In this document: positions 9,401 to 18,684 of the stretch, in pieces
How the letters are laid out: each line of letters opens with the position of its first letter
How positions within the stretch are numbered: the stretch's first letter is position 1
Source of the DNA: Bacteroidales bacterium
GTDB lineage: Bacteria > Bacteroidota > Bacteroidia > Bacteroidales > UBA3663
Direction of reading: 5' to 3'
Assembly: GCA_017548545.1 (NCBI GenBank)
Contig: JAFYZW010000010.1
Coordinates: 13,168-77,167, forward strand
Length of the DNA stretch: 64,000 nucleotides
Translations under genes and position numbers: made by a program
The notes under the pieces: model-generated
What the model was told of the DNA's origin: nothing
The model's input: only the letters and a program-made list of their open reading frames with translations
Database searches by the model: none

Positions 9401-10255
9401 ATGCAAACGATAAGGAACCGGGAATTTGGAGGCGAACGTCCGCTCTATGCCTCGCATGATCTCCGTCTAGAGCATGTCACCATTCACGTGGGTGAATCCT
9501 CCATCAAGGAAAGCAGCAATATCGAGGCCGAGGATTGCCGCTTCGAAGGGAAATATGTCTTCTGGGAGACCTACGGATTCAAAGTGCGTCGCTGCTATTT
9601 CGCCGAGTCGGCACGCAGCAGCCTTTGGTACAGTAAGGGTGGCCATCTGGTCGATTGTCAGGTCGATGCCCCCAAGATGTTCCGCCGTATGCAGGGTATC
9701 GAGGTCGAGAATACCAACTTCCCCAATGCACTCGAGACTTTCTGGGACTGCTCTGACATCCAACTGCGCGATGTGAGCATTGCGAAGGCCGACTATGCCT
9801 TTATGCATTGCGAAAACATCCGTATCGACAATTATCGTCAGGATGGCAACTATTCCTTCCAGTATGCCCGCAACGTTGAGATCCATAATGCGGTGATCAA
9901 CTCGAAGGATGCCTTCTGGGAATCCGAGAACGTCACCATCTACGACTCGGAGATCAATGGAGAGTATCTGGCATGGTATGGCAAGAACATCCGCCTTGTG
10001 CGTTGCCACCTCACAGGTGAGCAACTCCTTTGCTATGTCGATGGCCTGATACTCGAGGATTGCACCTTCGGGGAGGATGCCAACCTTCTCTTCGAGTACA
10101 GCACTGTCCGCGCCACTATCCTTGGCAACGTAACCTCCATCAAGAACCCTACATCCGGACATATCGCCGTCAAGGGTAAGGTGGGGGAGATTATCTTTGA
10201 CAAAAACCAGAAACAGCCTGCCGATGCTGTAATCATTACCGATAATGATGTTTGA
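9401..10255 (+). CDS. DUF3737 family beta-helix protein
   Basis: The true start MQTIRNREFGGERPLYASHDL lies within track ORF 9023..10255. The upstream part of that ORF overlaps the OMP gene and the terminator. Repeated short beta-helix rungs; 284 aa, the typical DUF3737 size. Confidence 0.6.
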   Translation: MQTIRNREFGGERPLYASHDLRLEHVTIHVGESSIKESSNIEAEDCRFEGKYVFWETYGFKVRRCYFAESARSSLWYSKGGHLVDCQVDAPKMFRRMQGIEVENTNFPNALETFWDCSDIQLRDVSIAKADYAFMHCENIRIDNYRQDGNYSFQYARNVEIHNAVINSKDAFWESENVTIYDSEINGEYLAWYGKNIRLVRCHLTGEQLLCYVDGLILEDCTFGEDANLLFEYSTVRATILGNVTSIKNPTSGHIAVKGKVGEIIFDKNQKQPADAVIITDNDV

Positions 10256-11429
10256 TTTTGACCAGCCCATCGAACGTCGTGGTACGCGTTCGGTAAAATG
10301 GGACGAAGAGGCTGCCGACGTGCTTCCTCTTTGGGTGGCCGACATGGATTTTGCCACTGCCCCCTGCATCCAGCAGGCCATCATGCAGCGTGCCATGCAT
10401 CCTTGTTTCGGCTACACGCTTGTACCCGACGACTATTATCAGGCCATCATCCAATGGTTCTGGTCGCGTCACCAGTGGCATATCCGCCGCGAGGAAATAC
10501 TCTATACCATCGGTGTTATTCCAGCCATAGCTGCCATCCTCAAGGCCACTACGCAGCTGGGCGACAACGTGGTTGTCCTCACGCCCGTCTATAACTGTTT
10601 CTATAACCTAATACGCAATGCAGGTTGTCAGGCACTCGATGTGCCTTTGCTCAGCCGTGCCGAGTCCTCGACGCTCCATTTCTCCATCGACTGGGAAGCC
10701 CTCGAAGCTGCCCTTTCGAACGAGAAGACCACCGTTCTTCTGCTCAGTAATCCCCACAACCCCGTGGGACGCATCTGGAGTGCCGACGAACTTGAGCGTC
10801 TTGCCGCTTTGTCGAAGAGATATGGTGTGCTGGTCATCAGCGACGAGATACACAACGAGCTCACTCGCCCTGGCACCCGATATGTGCCAGCAGCACCTGT
10901 CTTCGAAGCCATGGACGAGAAACCGCTCTACGTGGTCTGCACCTCTCCTTCCAAGTCGTTCAATACAGCGGGATTACAGAATGCCAACATCATGATTCGT
11001 GATGCGGAACTGCGTCGTCGCGTCGATCGTGCCATCAACCTCAACGAGACTTGCGATGTCAATCCTTTTGGTGTTGAGGCTACGATTGCTGCCTACAACG
11101 AGGGCCTGCCTTGGCTTGATAGTCTCTGCAATTACATCTGGACCAACTATGCTTATGCTCTTCAATTTCTTGGGGACGCATTGCCCGAGTTGAAGGGGGC
11201 CGATCTGCAGGCTACCTATCTGATGTGGGTCGATTATCGTAGTTACACGTCGATGCCGAGCCAGCTGCTGAGCCGTCGGCTCATCGACGAAGCCAAAGTG
11301 TGGTTCGCGGCAGGTTCGGGTTACGGGGACGCAGGGGAAGGATTCCTGCGTATCAATCTTGCGACCACTCGTGAAGTTTTAACTGAAGCATTAACGCGAT
11401 TCGTTACATGGGTAAAGACCAACTGTTAG
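10245..11429 (+). CDS. patB: MalY/PatB-family PLP-dependent C-S lyase (cystathionine beta-lyase type aminotransferase)
   Basis: 394 aa. N-terminal FDQPIERRGTRSVKWD signature, the SPSKSFN PLP-lysine motif, and a class I/II aminotransferase layout. Confidence 0.8.
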   Translation: MMFDFDQPIERRGTRSVKWDEEAADVLPLWVADMDFATAPCIQQAIMQRAMHPCFGYTLVPDDYYQAIIQWFWSRHQWHIRREEILYTIGVIPAIAAILKATTQLGDNVVVLTPVYNCFYNLIRNAGCQALDVPLLSRAESSTLHFSIDWEALEAALSNEKTTVLLLSNPHNPVGRIWSADELERLAALSKRYGVLVISDEIHNELTRPGTRYVPAAPVFEAMDEKPLYVVCTSPSKSFNTAGLQNANIMIRDAELRRRVDRAINLNETCDVNPFGVEATIAAYNEGLPWLDSLCNYIWTNYAYALQFLGDALPELKGADLQATYLMWVDYRSYTSMPSQLLSRRLIDEAKVWFAAGSGYGDAGEGFLRINLATTREVLTEALTRFVTWVKTNC

Positions 11430-12787
11430 CCATGATCCGAGGCGGTCAGGAACTGACGTCACGTCAGCGCTTGGCGCTTGTGGTCAGCCTCTCCTTGCCC
11501 GCCATGCTGTCGCAGCTCAGCACCATCGTCGAGGAGTATGTCGATGCGATGATGGTGGGACAAATGGGAGCCGCTGCCTCTGCATCCATCGGTTTGGTAA
11601 GCACGAGCATCTGGCTCATCGGAGGGTTGTCGCACGCGGCCTCCACGGGTTTTTACGTGCAGGTGGCTCATCGTATCGGAGCCAACGACTTCCGTGGAGC
11701 ACGCGATGTCTTTCGTCAGGGCATCACGGCTTGTCTGTCGTTCTGTTGTATGCTTGTTGCCATCGGTATCGTCATCTCTCCATGGTTGCCTCAGTGGTTG
11801 GGTGGCGATCGCGAGCTCTGGCGTGATGCTACGCTGTACTTCGCCGTCTTCTGTCTCTCCATGCCGCTCCATCAGATGTGTTCGTTGGCGGGAGGCGTGC
11901 TTCGTTGTGCAGGTCATGTCAAGGTGCCTGCTTATCTGCAGGTTCTGGCTTGCGTGCTCAACATCGGGTTCAACTATCTGTTTATCTTTGTCTTCGGCAT
12001 GGGAGTGCTGGGCGCTGCTATAGGTACCTGTTGTGCCGAACTTGTTGTGGCTGGTGCTTTGAGCTGGTATGCCATCGTGAAATGTCCCGAGATGAATCTG
12101 CTTCAGGATGTTGGCACGACCAGTTTCCGTCCGTCGCGCATCACTCTCCTAAAGTCGCTCAACATCGCAGGCCCCATGGGCATCGAGCACGTCATCCTTT
12201 GTGGCGCACAGATTGTTTCCACCATCATCGTGGCACCTCTTGGAACGGTAGCTCTCGCCGCCAATTCGTTTGGCGTCATCATCGAGAGTCTTTGCTATAT
12301 GCCAGGTTATGGCATGGCCGATGCTGCTACCACCCTTGTGGGGCAAAGTTTGGGAGCGGGCCGCAAGTTCTTGGCGCGTCAGTTTGCCCACATCACCGTC
12401 ATCGGAGGCATAGCGATTATGTCGGCAATGGCTGTTATCATGTTCATATCAGCGCCTTGGATCATGCATCTTATGACACCCGATGTGCTGGTACAGAAAC
12501 TCACGACCACAGTGCTCCGCATCGAGGCTTTCGCCGAGCCTATGTTCGCAGCCTCTATCGTCTGCTATGGTGTCTTTGTGGGTGCTGGCGATACCAAGGT
12601 GCCTTGTGTGATGAACCTCGGTTCCATATGGATTGTCCGTATCACGTTGGCCGCTCTGTTGGCTGGCACTTACGGCTTGGTGGGTGTATGGATTGCCATG
12701 GCTGTCGAGCTCACTTTCCGTGGCATTATCTTCCTTGTGCGTCTCCATGGCAATGCCTGGCTCAACAAGTTCGAAAAGATAAAATAG
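11408..12787 (+). CDS. MATE family efflux transporter
   Basis: 459 aa polytopic membrane protein with about 12 TM segments. The N-terminal SLSLPAMLSQL motif and duplicated halves are typical of MATE. Confidence 0.8.
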   Translation: MGKDQLLAMIRGGQELTSRQRLALVVSLSLPAMLSQLSTIVEEYVDAMMVGQMGAAASASIGLVSTSIWLIGGLSHAASTGFYVQVAHRIGANDFRGARDVFRQGITACLSFCCMLVAIGIVISPWLPQWLGGDRELWRDATLYFAVFCLSMPLHQMCSLAGGVLRCAGHVKVPAYLQVLACVLNIGFNYLFIFVFGMGVLGAAIGTCCAELVVAGALSWYAIVKCPEMNLLQDVGTTSFRPSRITLLKSLNIAGPMGIEHVILCGAQIVSTIIVAPLGTVALAANSFGVIIESLCYMPGYGMADAATTLVGQSLGAGRKFLARQFAHITVIGGIAIMSAMAVIMFISAPWIMHLMTPDVLVQKLTTTVLRIEAFAEPMFAASIVCYGVFVGAGDTKVPCVMNLGSIWIVRITLAALLAGTYGLVGVWIAMAVELTFRGIIFLVRLHGNAWLNKFEKIK

Positions 12788-12830
12788 GGCAGCGCTTATT
12801 TCCGATTACTCCAATTACACTGAGTAAAAC

Positions 12831-12869
12831 AAAAAAAGGGGGGATCATCTCGATCCGCCCTTTTATTTA
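12831..12869. terminator. bidirectional terminator hairpin
   Basis: A7-GGGGGGATC-atctc-GATCC(g)CCC-TTTTATTT. A T-run follows the hairpin on both strands. Confidence 0.55.
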
Positions 12870-13004
12870 TCCGGGTCCTTAGCCCGAGTAACTTAATTTT
12901 GTTTGTTTTTTGTGTGTCTTCACTTGCCTCATCGGCAGTATTAGACGAAGGTCCTTTTCAGGTTGTGTTATTTAAGGTATTGTGCTATGGTTATGTTCTT
13001 TAAG
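12831..13004 (-). ncRNA. candidate small RNA (~175 nt), family unknown
   Basis: A minus-strand promoter (TTTG-N20-TATCTTTG, -7 box at 13011-13018) points into a region with no ORF. It is followed ~170 nt later by the hairpin plus U7 terminator at 12860-12831. An internal CGGG-ctaagga-CCCG hairpin is present. Confidence 0.3.
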
Positions 13005-13010
13005 GTGCTG

Positions 13011-13018
13011 CAAAGATA
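13011..13018 (-). promoter_or_regulatory. minus-strand promoter (-7 TAtcTTTG; -33 TTTG 20 nt upstream)
   Basis: Plus strand reads CAAAGATA. The minus strand reads aaaTTTGgaggtaatggaaaaacgcccTATCTTTG. No minus-strand CDS lies downstream. Confidence 0.5.
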
Positions 13019-13147
13019 GGGCGTTTTTCCATTACCTCCAAATTTTTTTATATGTTTAAAAACACAGAAAACGATTGCACTTATAAAAAAAGTGTAATTT
13101 TTCACATTTTCTTGGTCTAAAAACTTGCTTTTTTACGCTTTTCTCCC

Positions 13148-13155
13148 TATATTTG
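13148..13155 (+). promoter_or_regulatory. -7 box TAtaTTTG
   Basis: Lies 48 nt upstream of the ATG at 13203. Confidence 0.45.
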
Positions 13156-13202
13156 CACCGAAAAAAGTAAACTCCAATCATTAACACAATAATTTTTATA
13201 CT

Positions 13203-13913
13203 ATGGCAAAATCATTAATCGATCAGGGCGAAATTCGTGTAGTTATCACTCCAACCGACTCTGGTGATGTGCAGGCAGAGCGTGACTACCTCAGGGAGTT
13301 TGTTTTCCCACACCTCTCGCATCTTGGTGAGGAGCGCGACATTATTGTCAATTTCCTTTGGACGGCTCCCCTGTTTGTACAGGACGTTCACAAGTATTTG
13401 GTTAGCTATACGGTGGCTGACAATCCCCACAAGTATGCTTTCATCCTCAACACTTCGGGCAATGCCAACAAGGAGCGCCATTTTGTCGATGGCGTAGCCA
13501 CCTATGAATATGAGAACAAGGAAGAACTTGGCCGTGGCATTGAGAAGGGTCTGCGTCGTGTTCTCGACAAACTCTTCCCCAGCACTTCGGTAACCGACCT
13601 CGTGAAGAATCTGCGCCGTGTTGCCCGTATCTATCAGGAGATGGGTCAGCTTCAGGATGCCCTCGATATGCAGTCACGCGTCTTCAAGGTGCTCGACAAG
13701 GAATTTGGTGAGAAGAACACCGACACCATCGAGACCCTCTACACCTGCGGTTGGCTCAACTATAAGCTTGGCAATTACGAACAGGCACTCAAGCAGCTCA
13801 AGAGATCCTACGAGAATGCCAAGGATGTTTATGGCGATACCGATCAGCGCACCACCGACCAGCTTGGCATCATCCGTATGGTCGAGGCTTCTGCCAAGCG
13901 TCATAAAAAATAA
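13203..13913 (+). CDS. small cytosolic protein: DUF4062-like (TIR-like) N-terminal domain plus TPR (TPR_10/12-type) C-terminal domain
   Basis: 236 aa. IRVVITPTDSGDVQAERDYLREFVFPHLSHLGEERDIIVNFLW resembles the DUF4062 signature (RVFISSTFxDxxxERDxLxxxVFPxLRxxCxxRgvxxxxVDLRWG). C-terminal ARIYQEMGQLQDALDMQSRVFKVLDKEFGEKNTDTIETLYTCGWLNYKLGNYEQALKQL is a kinesin-light-chain-type TPR. Confidence 0.5.
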   Translation: MAKSLIDQGEIRVVITPTDSGDVQAERDYLREFVFPHLSHLGEERDIIVNFLWTAPLFVQDVHKYLVSYTVADNPHKYAFILNTSGNANKERHFVDGVATYEYENKEELGRGIEKGLRRVLDKLFPSTSVTDLVKNLRRVARIYQEMGQLQDALDMQSRVFKVLDKEFGEKNTDTIETLYTCGWLNYKLGNYEQALKQLKRSYENAKDVYGDTDQRTTDQLGIIRMVEASAKRHKK

Positions 13914-13933
13914 CCTAATCTTTTCTCTTTAAT

Positions 13934-13982
13934 AATAATATAATCAGGGCTCGCAAGAAACGCGAGCCCTGATTATATTATT
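13934..13982. terminator. bidirectional terminator (perfect 21-bp stem)
   Basis: AATAATATAATCAGGGCTCGC-aagaaac-GCGAGCCCTGATTATATTATT lies between convergent genes. Confidence 0.7.
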
Positions 13983-13986
13983 ACCA

Positions 13987-16929
13987 TCAATATCCGAAGA
14001 TTTCGTCAGTCTTGACGAACTTCACTGGTCCCATTGCCTTGAGGCATTTCTGGTTGATCTGGCGTGGGTCACCCAGCACGCAGATGCTGTAGTGATGATC
14101 CTTGACCCACTGTTGTTGGAACTTGACGATGTCCTGCAAGGTGAGGTTCTGCACGCCTTCGAAGAGCGTCTTGTTGGGGTCTTCGTTGAGCCCGAACTCC
14201 TGTACTCGGTCGATGTAGGTCCAAAGCACATCAGCGCGTGTAGTACGTTCAGTGCGCAAGCGGCTAATTAAGGCGTTCTTGGCATTCTCGAAAGCGACTT
14301 CCGATTCGGGCATCACTTCGATGATCTCGTTGAAGTGGGTCAGTGCCTCAGGCAGTTTGTCATTCTGGGTGATGATGTGGGCCTGCATGTTGTAGGTCTG
14401 TTCTTTGCTGCTGGGGCGGATGAAGTTGGCCCATGCGTTATAGGCCAGACCGCGAGTCTCGCGCATCTCCTGGAAGACGATGGCATTCATCGAACCGCCG
14501 AAGTACTCGTTGTAGAGGTTCCTCACAGGTTCCAGGCTGGTATCGTAGGCGTTGCCCAGGTTGCAAACCTGACGAAGGTAGGTGTTGTTGGCAATGTAAG
14601 GAGCCACATAGACCACGTTGGCCTCGGTAGGCAGCATCTGGTAGGTCTTGTTCTCGATGCAGTCCTTGAGCTCGGCAGCTACCTTGTGATGCTCGGTCAT
14701 CAGACGATTGACCTCATCGGCTGGCGTTGGGCCGTAATATACGATACGGTGCTTCAAGGTCAGCAGTTCATGGATGCGGTCGGTGAGGCTTTGTGCCTTC
14801 AATGCCAACAGCTCGGCAGTGGTCAGCGTGTGGGCCTTGACGTATTCAGGACCATAGCTTGCATAGGTGATGAGCTGGCTGTTGTTGCTGCCTTGCGAGA
14901 GCTTGTTGTCGGCCCTGGCCTTGAGCAAAGCCTGCTGGAAAGTCGGGAACATCTCGTCATTGGGCTGTGCGTCGGCCAGTACCTTGTCGAGGAGTTTGAT
15001 GGCGGCTTCGAGATTCTCGTTCAGGCCTTCCACGACGGCATAGAAGCGACGGTTGCTGCTGCCGAGATGGAAGGTGCAACCTAGGGCATAGAACGCCTTC
15101 TGCACCTGCTCGGGTGTCATGTCCGAAGTGCCGATGTAGTTCGAGTATTCACCCACGATGGGGAGCGTCTTGTCGGCATCTGCGCCCATCTCATAGACGT
15201 AGTCGAGTTCGAACAGTTGGTTGGTCTCGTTCTTCTTGCTGATAAGAGTGAGACCGCCCACGGTCTGTGTGGTCTCAACTTCCTTCGCATAATCCACAAA
15301 GACGGGTTCGATGGGAGCGGGCTCGCTGGCAGCGATGGCCGAAAGGAACTCCGACTTGGCATCGCGATTTGACTGTACGGGGGTTATTTCGGGCTTGTCG
15401 ATGCGCTGGATGTTTGGGTCGGTGCCTTGCAGTTTGTTCACAAATACATAGTTCTGAGCGGTGAGGTGGCGCTTGGCAAATGCCATGATATCCTCCTTCG
15501 TAATCTTGGCTTCGCGATCGATAGTATGAATTGCGTGAGCCCAGTCTTCGCCGTTGATGAACGCTTGTACCATCTGCATGGCGCGGAAGCTGTTGTTCTC
15601 GAGTCCGCGCTGCTGGTTGAGCTTCTGTTCGGTGAGCACCGAGGCGAGGAGATCGTCATCGAAGTCGCCATTGGCCACCTTGGCAAACTCGTCGAGCAGC
15701 AGTTGACGTACCTCGTCGAGGCTTTGTCCTGGCAGCGGCATGCCATAGGCGATTACGATGGAATAGTCGCGCATGGCTTCGGTCTCTACGCCGGCGGCCA
15801 GCACCTTCTGCTGCTGGTTCAGGTCGAGGTCAATGAGGCCGGCAGTGCCGTTGCTCAAAAGTCCTGCTACAAGGTTCAGGGTATCCATCTGGTCAGAAGA
15901 TGCGCCTTCGAAACGCCATCCCAGCATTACGTTCTCGGCTTCCTGTCCCAGTACATCTTTGCCGACGGGTTCGGTGATGGCGGGTTGTGAAGCGAAGGTC
16001 AACTGCTCGGGGCTGTTGGTGTAACCCTCTTTGGCGTTCCAGTCGCCGAAATACTTCTCGATGAGATCCACCATCTCATTGGGTTCGAAGTCGCCCGAAA
16101 GGCTAATGATTACATTGCCAGGGACGTACCACTTGTTGAAGTAGTTCTGGATATTGACGAGCGAGGGGTTCTTGAGGTGTTCCTGCGTGCCGATGGTGGT
16201 CTGGGTGCCGTAGGGATGGGTGGGGAAGAGCAGGGCCGACAGTGTCTCGAATTCCTTCGACATGTCGCGTGTCATACTCATGTTCTTTTCCTCATACACA
16301 GCCTCGAGTTCGGTGTGGAATAGACGGAAGATGGGGTTCTTGAAGCGCTCCGACTGTATCTTTGCCCAGTTCTCCACTTGGTTCGAAGGAATGTCCTCGG
16401 TATAGCATGTCACGTCGTTCGAAGTGAATGCATTCGAGCCGTTGGCACCAATCATGGCCATCATCTTGTCGTACTCGTTGGGGATGGCATATTGTGAAGC
16501 TACGCCCGAGATGGAGTCAATGATGTGGTAAGCGGCCTTTCGTTCGGTAGGGTCGGTGAGGGTACGGTAGTGTTCGAACAGGTCGGTGATGGTGTCGAGC
16601 AGAGGCTTCTCGGCCTCGTAGTCCTGTGTGCCGAACTGTGTAGTTCCCTTGAACATCAGATGCTCCAGGTAATGAGCCAGGCCAGTGGTCTCGGCGGGGT
16701 CGTTCTTCGAACCGGTGCGCACGGCGATGTAAGTTTGGATACGTGGCTGTTCCTTGTTGACCGTCATGGCCACAGTCAGGCCATTCTTCAGCGTGTAGGT
16801 CTGGACGTTCATCGGGTCGCCAGGTACTGTTGTGTAATTGTAGCGGCCTTTACCGCCACAGGCTGCCAGCACGACGATGCTGCATACAAGCATCGCGCTG
16901 GTCATGAGTTTGTTGAAAGTTTTTTTCAT
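13987..16929 (-). CDS. M16 family (insulinase/pitrilysin-like) zinc peptidase, large form, lipoprotein
   Basis: 980 aa. Lipoprotein signal LAACGG and the inverted zinc motif HYLEHLMFKG (HxxEH). Confidence 0.85.
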   Translation of the reverse strand: MKKTFNKLMTSAMLVCSIVVLAACGGKGRYNYTTVPGDPMNVQTYTLKNGLTVAMTVNKEQPRIQTYIAVRTGSKNDPAETTGLAHYLEHLMFKGTTQFGTQDYEAEKPLLDTITDLFEHYRTLTDPTERKAAYHIIDSISGVASQYAIPNEYDKMMAMIGANGSNAFTSNDVTCYTEDIPSNQVENWAKIQSERFKNPIFRLFHTELEAVYEEKNMSMTRDMSKEFETLSALLFPTHPYGTQTTIGTQEHLKNPSLVNIQNYFNKWYVPGNVIISLSGDFEPNEMVDLIEKYFGDWNAKEGYTNSPEQLTFASQPAITEPVGKDVLGQEAENVMLGWRFEGASSDQMDTLNLVAGLLSNGTAGLIDLDLNQQQKVLAAGVETEAMRDYSIVIAYGMPLPGQSLDEVRQLLLDEFAKVANGDFDDDLLASVLTEQKLNQQRGLENNSFRAMQMVQAFINGEDWAHAIHTIDREAKITKEDIMAFAKRHLTAQNYVFVNKLQGTDPNIQRIDKPEITPVQSNRDAKSEFLSAIAASEPAPIEPVFVDYAKEVETTQTVGGLTLISKKNETNQLFELDYVYEMGADADKTLPIVGEYSNYIGTSDMTPEQVQKAFYALGCTFHLGSSNRRFYAVVEGLNENLEAAIKLLDKVLADAQPNDEMFPTFQQALLKARADNKLSQGSNNSQLITYASYGPEYVKAHTLTTAELLALKAQSLTDRIHELLTLKHRIVYYGPTPADEVNRLMTEHHKVAAELKDCIENKTYQMLPTEANVVYVAPYIANNTYLRQVCNLGNAYDTSLEPVRNLYNEYFGGSMNAIVFQEMRETRGLAYNAWANFIRPSSKEQTYNMQAHIITQNDKLPEALTHFNEIIEVMPESEVAFENAKNALISRLRTERTTRADVLWTYIDRVQEFGLNEDPNKTLFEGVQNLTLQDIVKFQQQWVKDHHYSICVLGDPRQINQKCLKAMGPVKFVKTDEIFGY

Positions 16930-16998
16930 TGAATTGTTTTAATTTCGTTATCTCGATTATTATTTCTCTTTTCTCGAATTCAGGGTTTACAAAACCTG

Positions 16999-18297
16999 TT
17001 ATTGGATAATCACTGTCTTTAGAAACCTTTCGTCAAAGATCTCGATGGCCACCTTTTTGAGAAGTTCTGGCGTGACACTGTTGATGCGGTTGCAGGTTTG
17101 TTCGAGAGTCTCCACGCGACCTAGTCTTAACAGGTTCTTGGCTAAAGCGATGGCGTTGTTCTCCAAATTTGCCATGGCCACTCCCAATTGTCCGCCCAGC
17201 TGTTTTTGGGCATTGCTGATCTGGCGCGGCGAGAGCAGTTCGTTCTTGAAACGCTCGATTTGTCGAGAGCATACACGAAGGCAGCGGTTTACGTCGCGGT
17301 GGTCACAGCCAAAGTAGATGCCCAAATAGCCTGCATCGGTGAAGTTGTTGATATTGCTTTCGACGGTATATACAAGACCACGATGTTCGCGTAGTTCCAG
17401 CCCTAGGCGACTAGTTAGGCCTGGACCGCCCAAGATGTTGCAAAGGAGAGCCAAAGCTGCGGCATGCTCATGTCCGATGGGGTAAGTGGGAACTCCGAGT
17501 AGAACGTGACTCTGATGTGTATCCAAGTCGATTACTATAGGCTTTGGCTGTTCTGTGTCGTTGGCGATCAGCGAAGCACGATAACTTTTGACACGGTCGT
17601 AGGTTTGCCCCGCATCTTTTTCTCCTTTGGGCGCTCTTGAGCATCGGAAGTACTTTTCCACCAGTCTCACCACTTTGTCGAAGGATGTGGCCCCTTGGTG
17701 GAAGAAGACCATGCGGTCGGGCGTATAATTCTCTTCGATGAAGCGCAGACTCTTCACATGGTCGAAGGTGCGCACTGTCTTCTCGTTGCCAAGGATGTTG
17801 TGTCCCAAGGCGCACCAGGATTGTTGGGAGGAAGAAGTGGAGAACAGGCGGTTCTCAAACTCATCGAATATCAGTTCGGCGGGAGTGTCGCGGTACGACA
17901 TGATCTCGTCAATCACAACCTCGCGTTCCGTTTCCAGTTCGTGTTGTGGAACGGTGGGGTTACATATCATGTCGCACAGCAGGTCGGTGGCGCGGTCGAA
18001 GTCCTTGTTCAACCCGATAGCATAGAACGTCGTCTCCTCCTTGGTCGTGAAGGCGTTCAGTTCGCCGCCCACGCTCTCCATACGATTGTTGATATGCCAG
18101 GAGTCGCGCGTTGTGGTGCCCTTGAAGAGCACGTGCTCCACGAAATGTGCCATTCCGTACAATTCGGGCACGTCCTCGTCGCGCGTGCCGCAGTCCACCA
18201 TGAAGCCGCAATACATCACCGGACTGTCCGAGGAGCGATGCACGATGCGAAGGCCATTATCAAGAGTTACGCTTTGATATTGCGTGTAATTTGTCAT
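16999..18297 (-). CDS. M16 family peptidase (insulinase family protein)
   Basis: 432 aa. The HFVEHVLFKG HxxEH motif lies near the N-terminus. Confidence 0.85.
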   Translation of the reverse strand: MTNYTQYQSVTLDNGLRIVHRSSDSPVMYCGFMVDCGTRDEDVPELYGMAHFVEHVLFKGTTTRDSWHINNRMESVGGELNAFTTKEETTFYAIGLNKDFDRATDLLCDMICNPTVPQHELETEREVVIDEIMSYRDTPAELIFDEFENRLFSTSSSQQSWCALGHNILGNEKTVRTFDHVKSLRFIEENYTPDRMVFFHQGATSFDKVVRLVEKYFRCSRAPKGEKDAGQTYDRVKSYRASLIANDTEQPKPIVIDLDTHQSHVLLGVPTYPIGHEHAAALALLCNILGGPGLTSRLGLELREHRGLVYTVESNINNFTDAGYLGIYFGCDHRDVNRCLRVCSRQIERFKNELLSPRQISNAQKQLGGQLGVAMANLENNAIALAKNLLRLGRVETLEQTCNRINSVTPELLKKVAIEIFDERFLKTVIIQ

Positions 18298-18379
18298 TCA
18301 ATCTTTCAAATACAGTCTAAAAACGGCGCAAATTTACAAAAAACTTGTCATAAAATGAACAACCTATTGTTTTTTTCCT

Positions 18380-18387
18380 TATTTTTG
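18380..18387 (+). promoter_or_regulatory. -7 box TAttTTTG
   Basis: Upstream of tatA (ATG at 18457). Confidence 0.4.
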
Positions 18388-18456
18388 CAACGAAATACGT
18401 AAGAATTGGCAATTACAAATTGTATTTCTTAATATAATTGTTAATTAAATAAAGAT

Positions 18457-18684
18457 ATGTTCCTTCAACTCCCCCTCCTCGGCATCATTGGAATGCAGGA
18501 AATCCTCATTATTGCAGTTGTCATCCTCGTCCTCTTCGGGGGCAAGAAGATTCCCGAACTGATGCGTGGCCTTGGCTCGGGTGTTAAGAGCTTCAAAGAA
18601 GGCATGAAGGAAGGCATGCCTGATGACGATGAAGCTAAGAACGACACTCGCCAACAGACAGAAAAGAAAGAGGACGAGAAGTAA
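18457..18684 (+). CDS. tatA: twin-arginine translocase subunit TatA/TatE
   Basis: 75 aa. GMQEILIIAVVILVLFGGKKIPELMRGLGSGVKSFKEG is the canonical TatA TM-hinge-amphipathic helix. Confidence 0.9.
   Translation: MFLQLPLLGIIGMQEILIIAVVILVLFGGKKIPELMRGLGSGVKSFKEGMKEGMPDDDEAKNDTRQQTEKKEDEK

Noticed and set aside
11878-12882. 334-aa plus-strand ORF overlapping the MATE gene in another frame
   Set aside because: Its composition is Arg/Cys/His/Trp-rich, typical of an off-frame read of a membrane-protein gene. The MATE frame has the coherent TM pattern.
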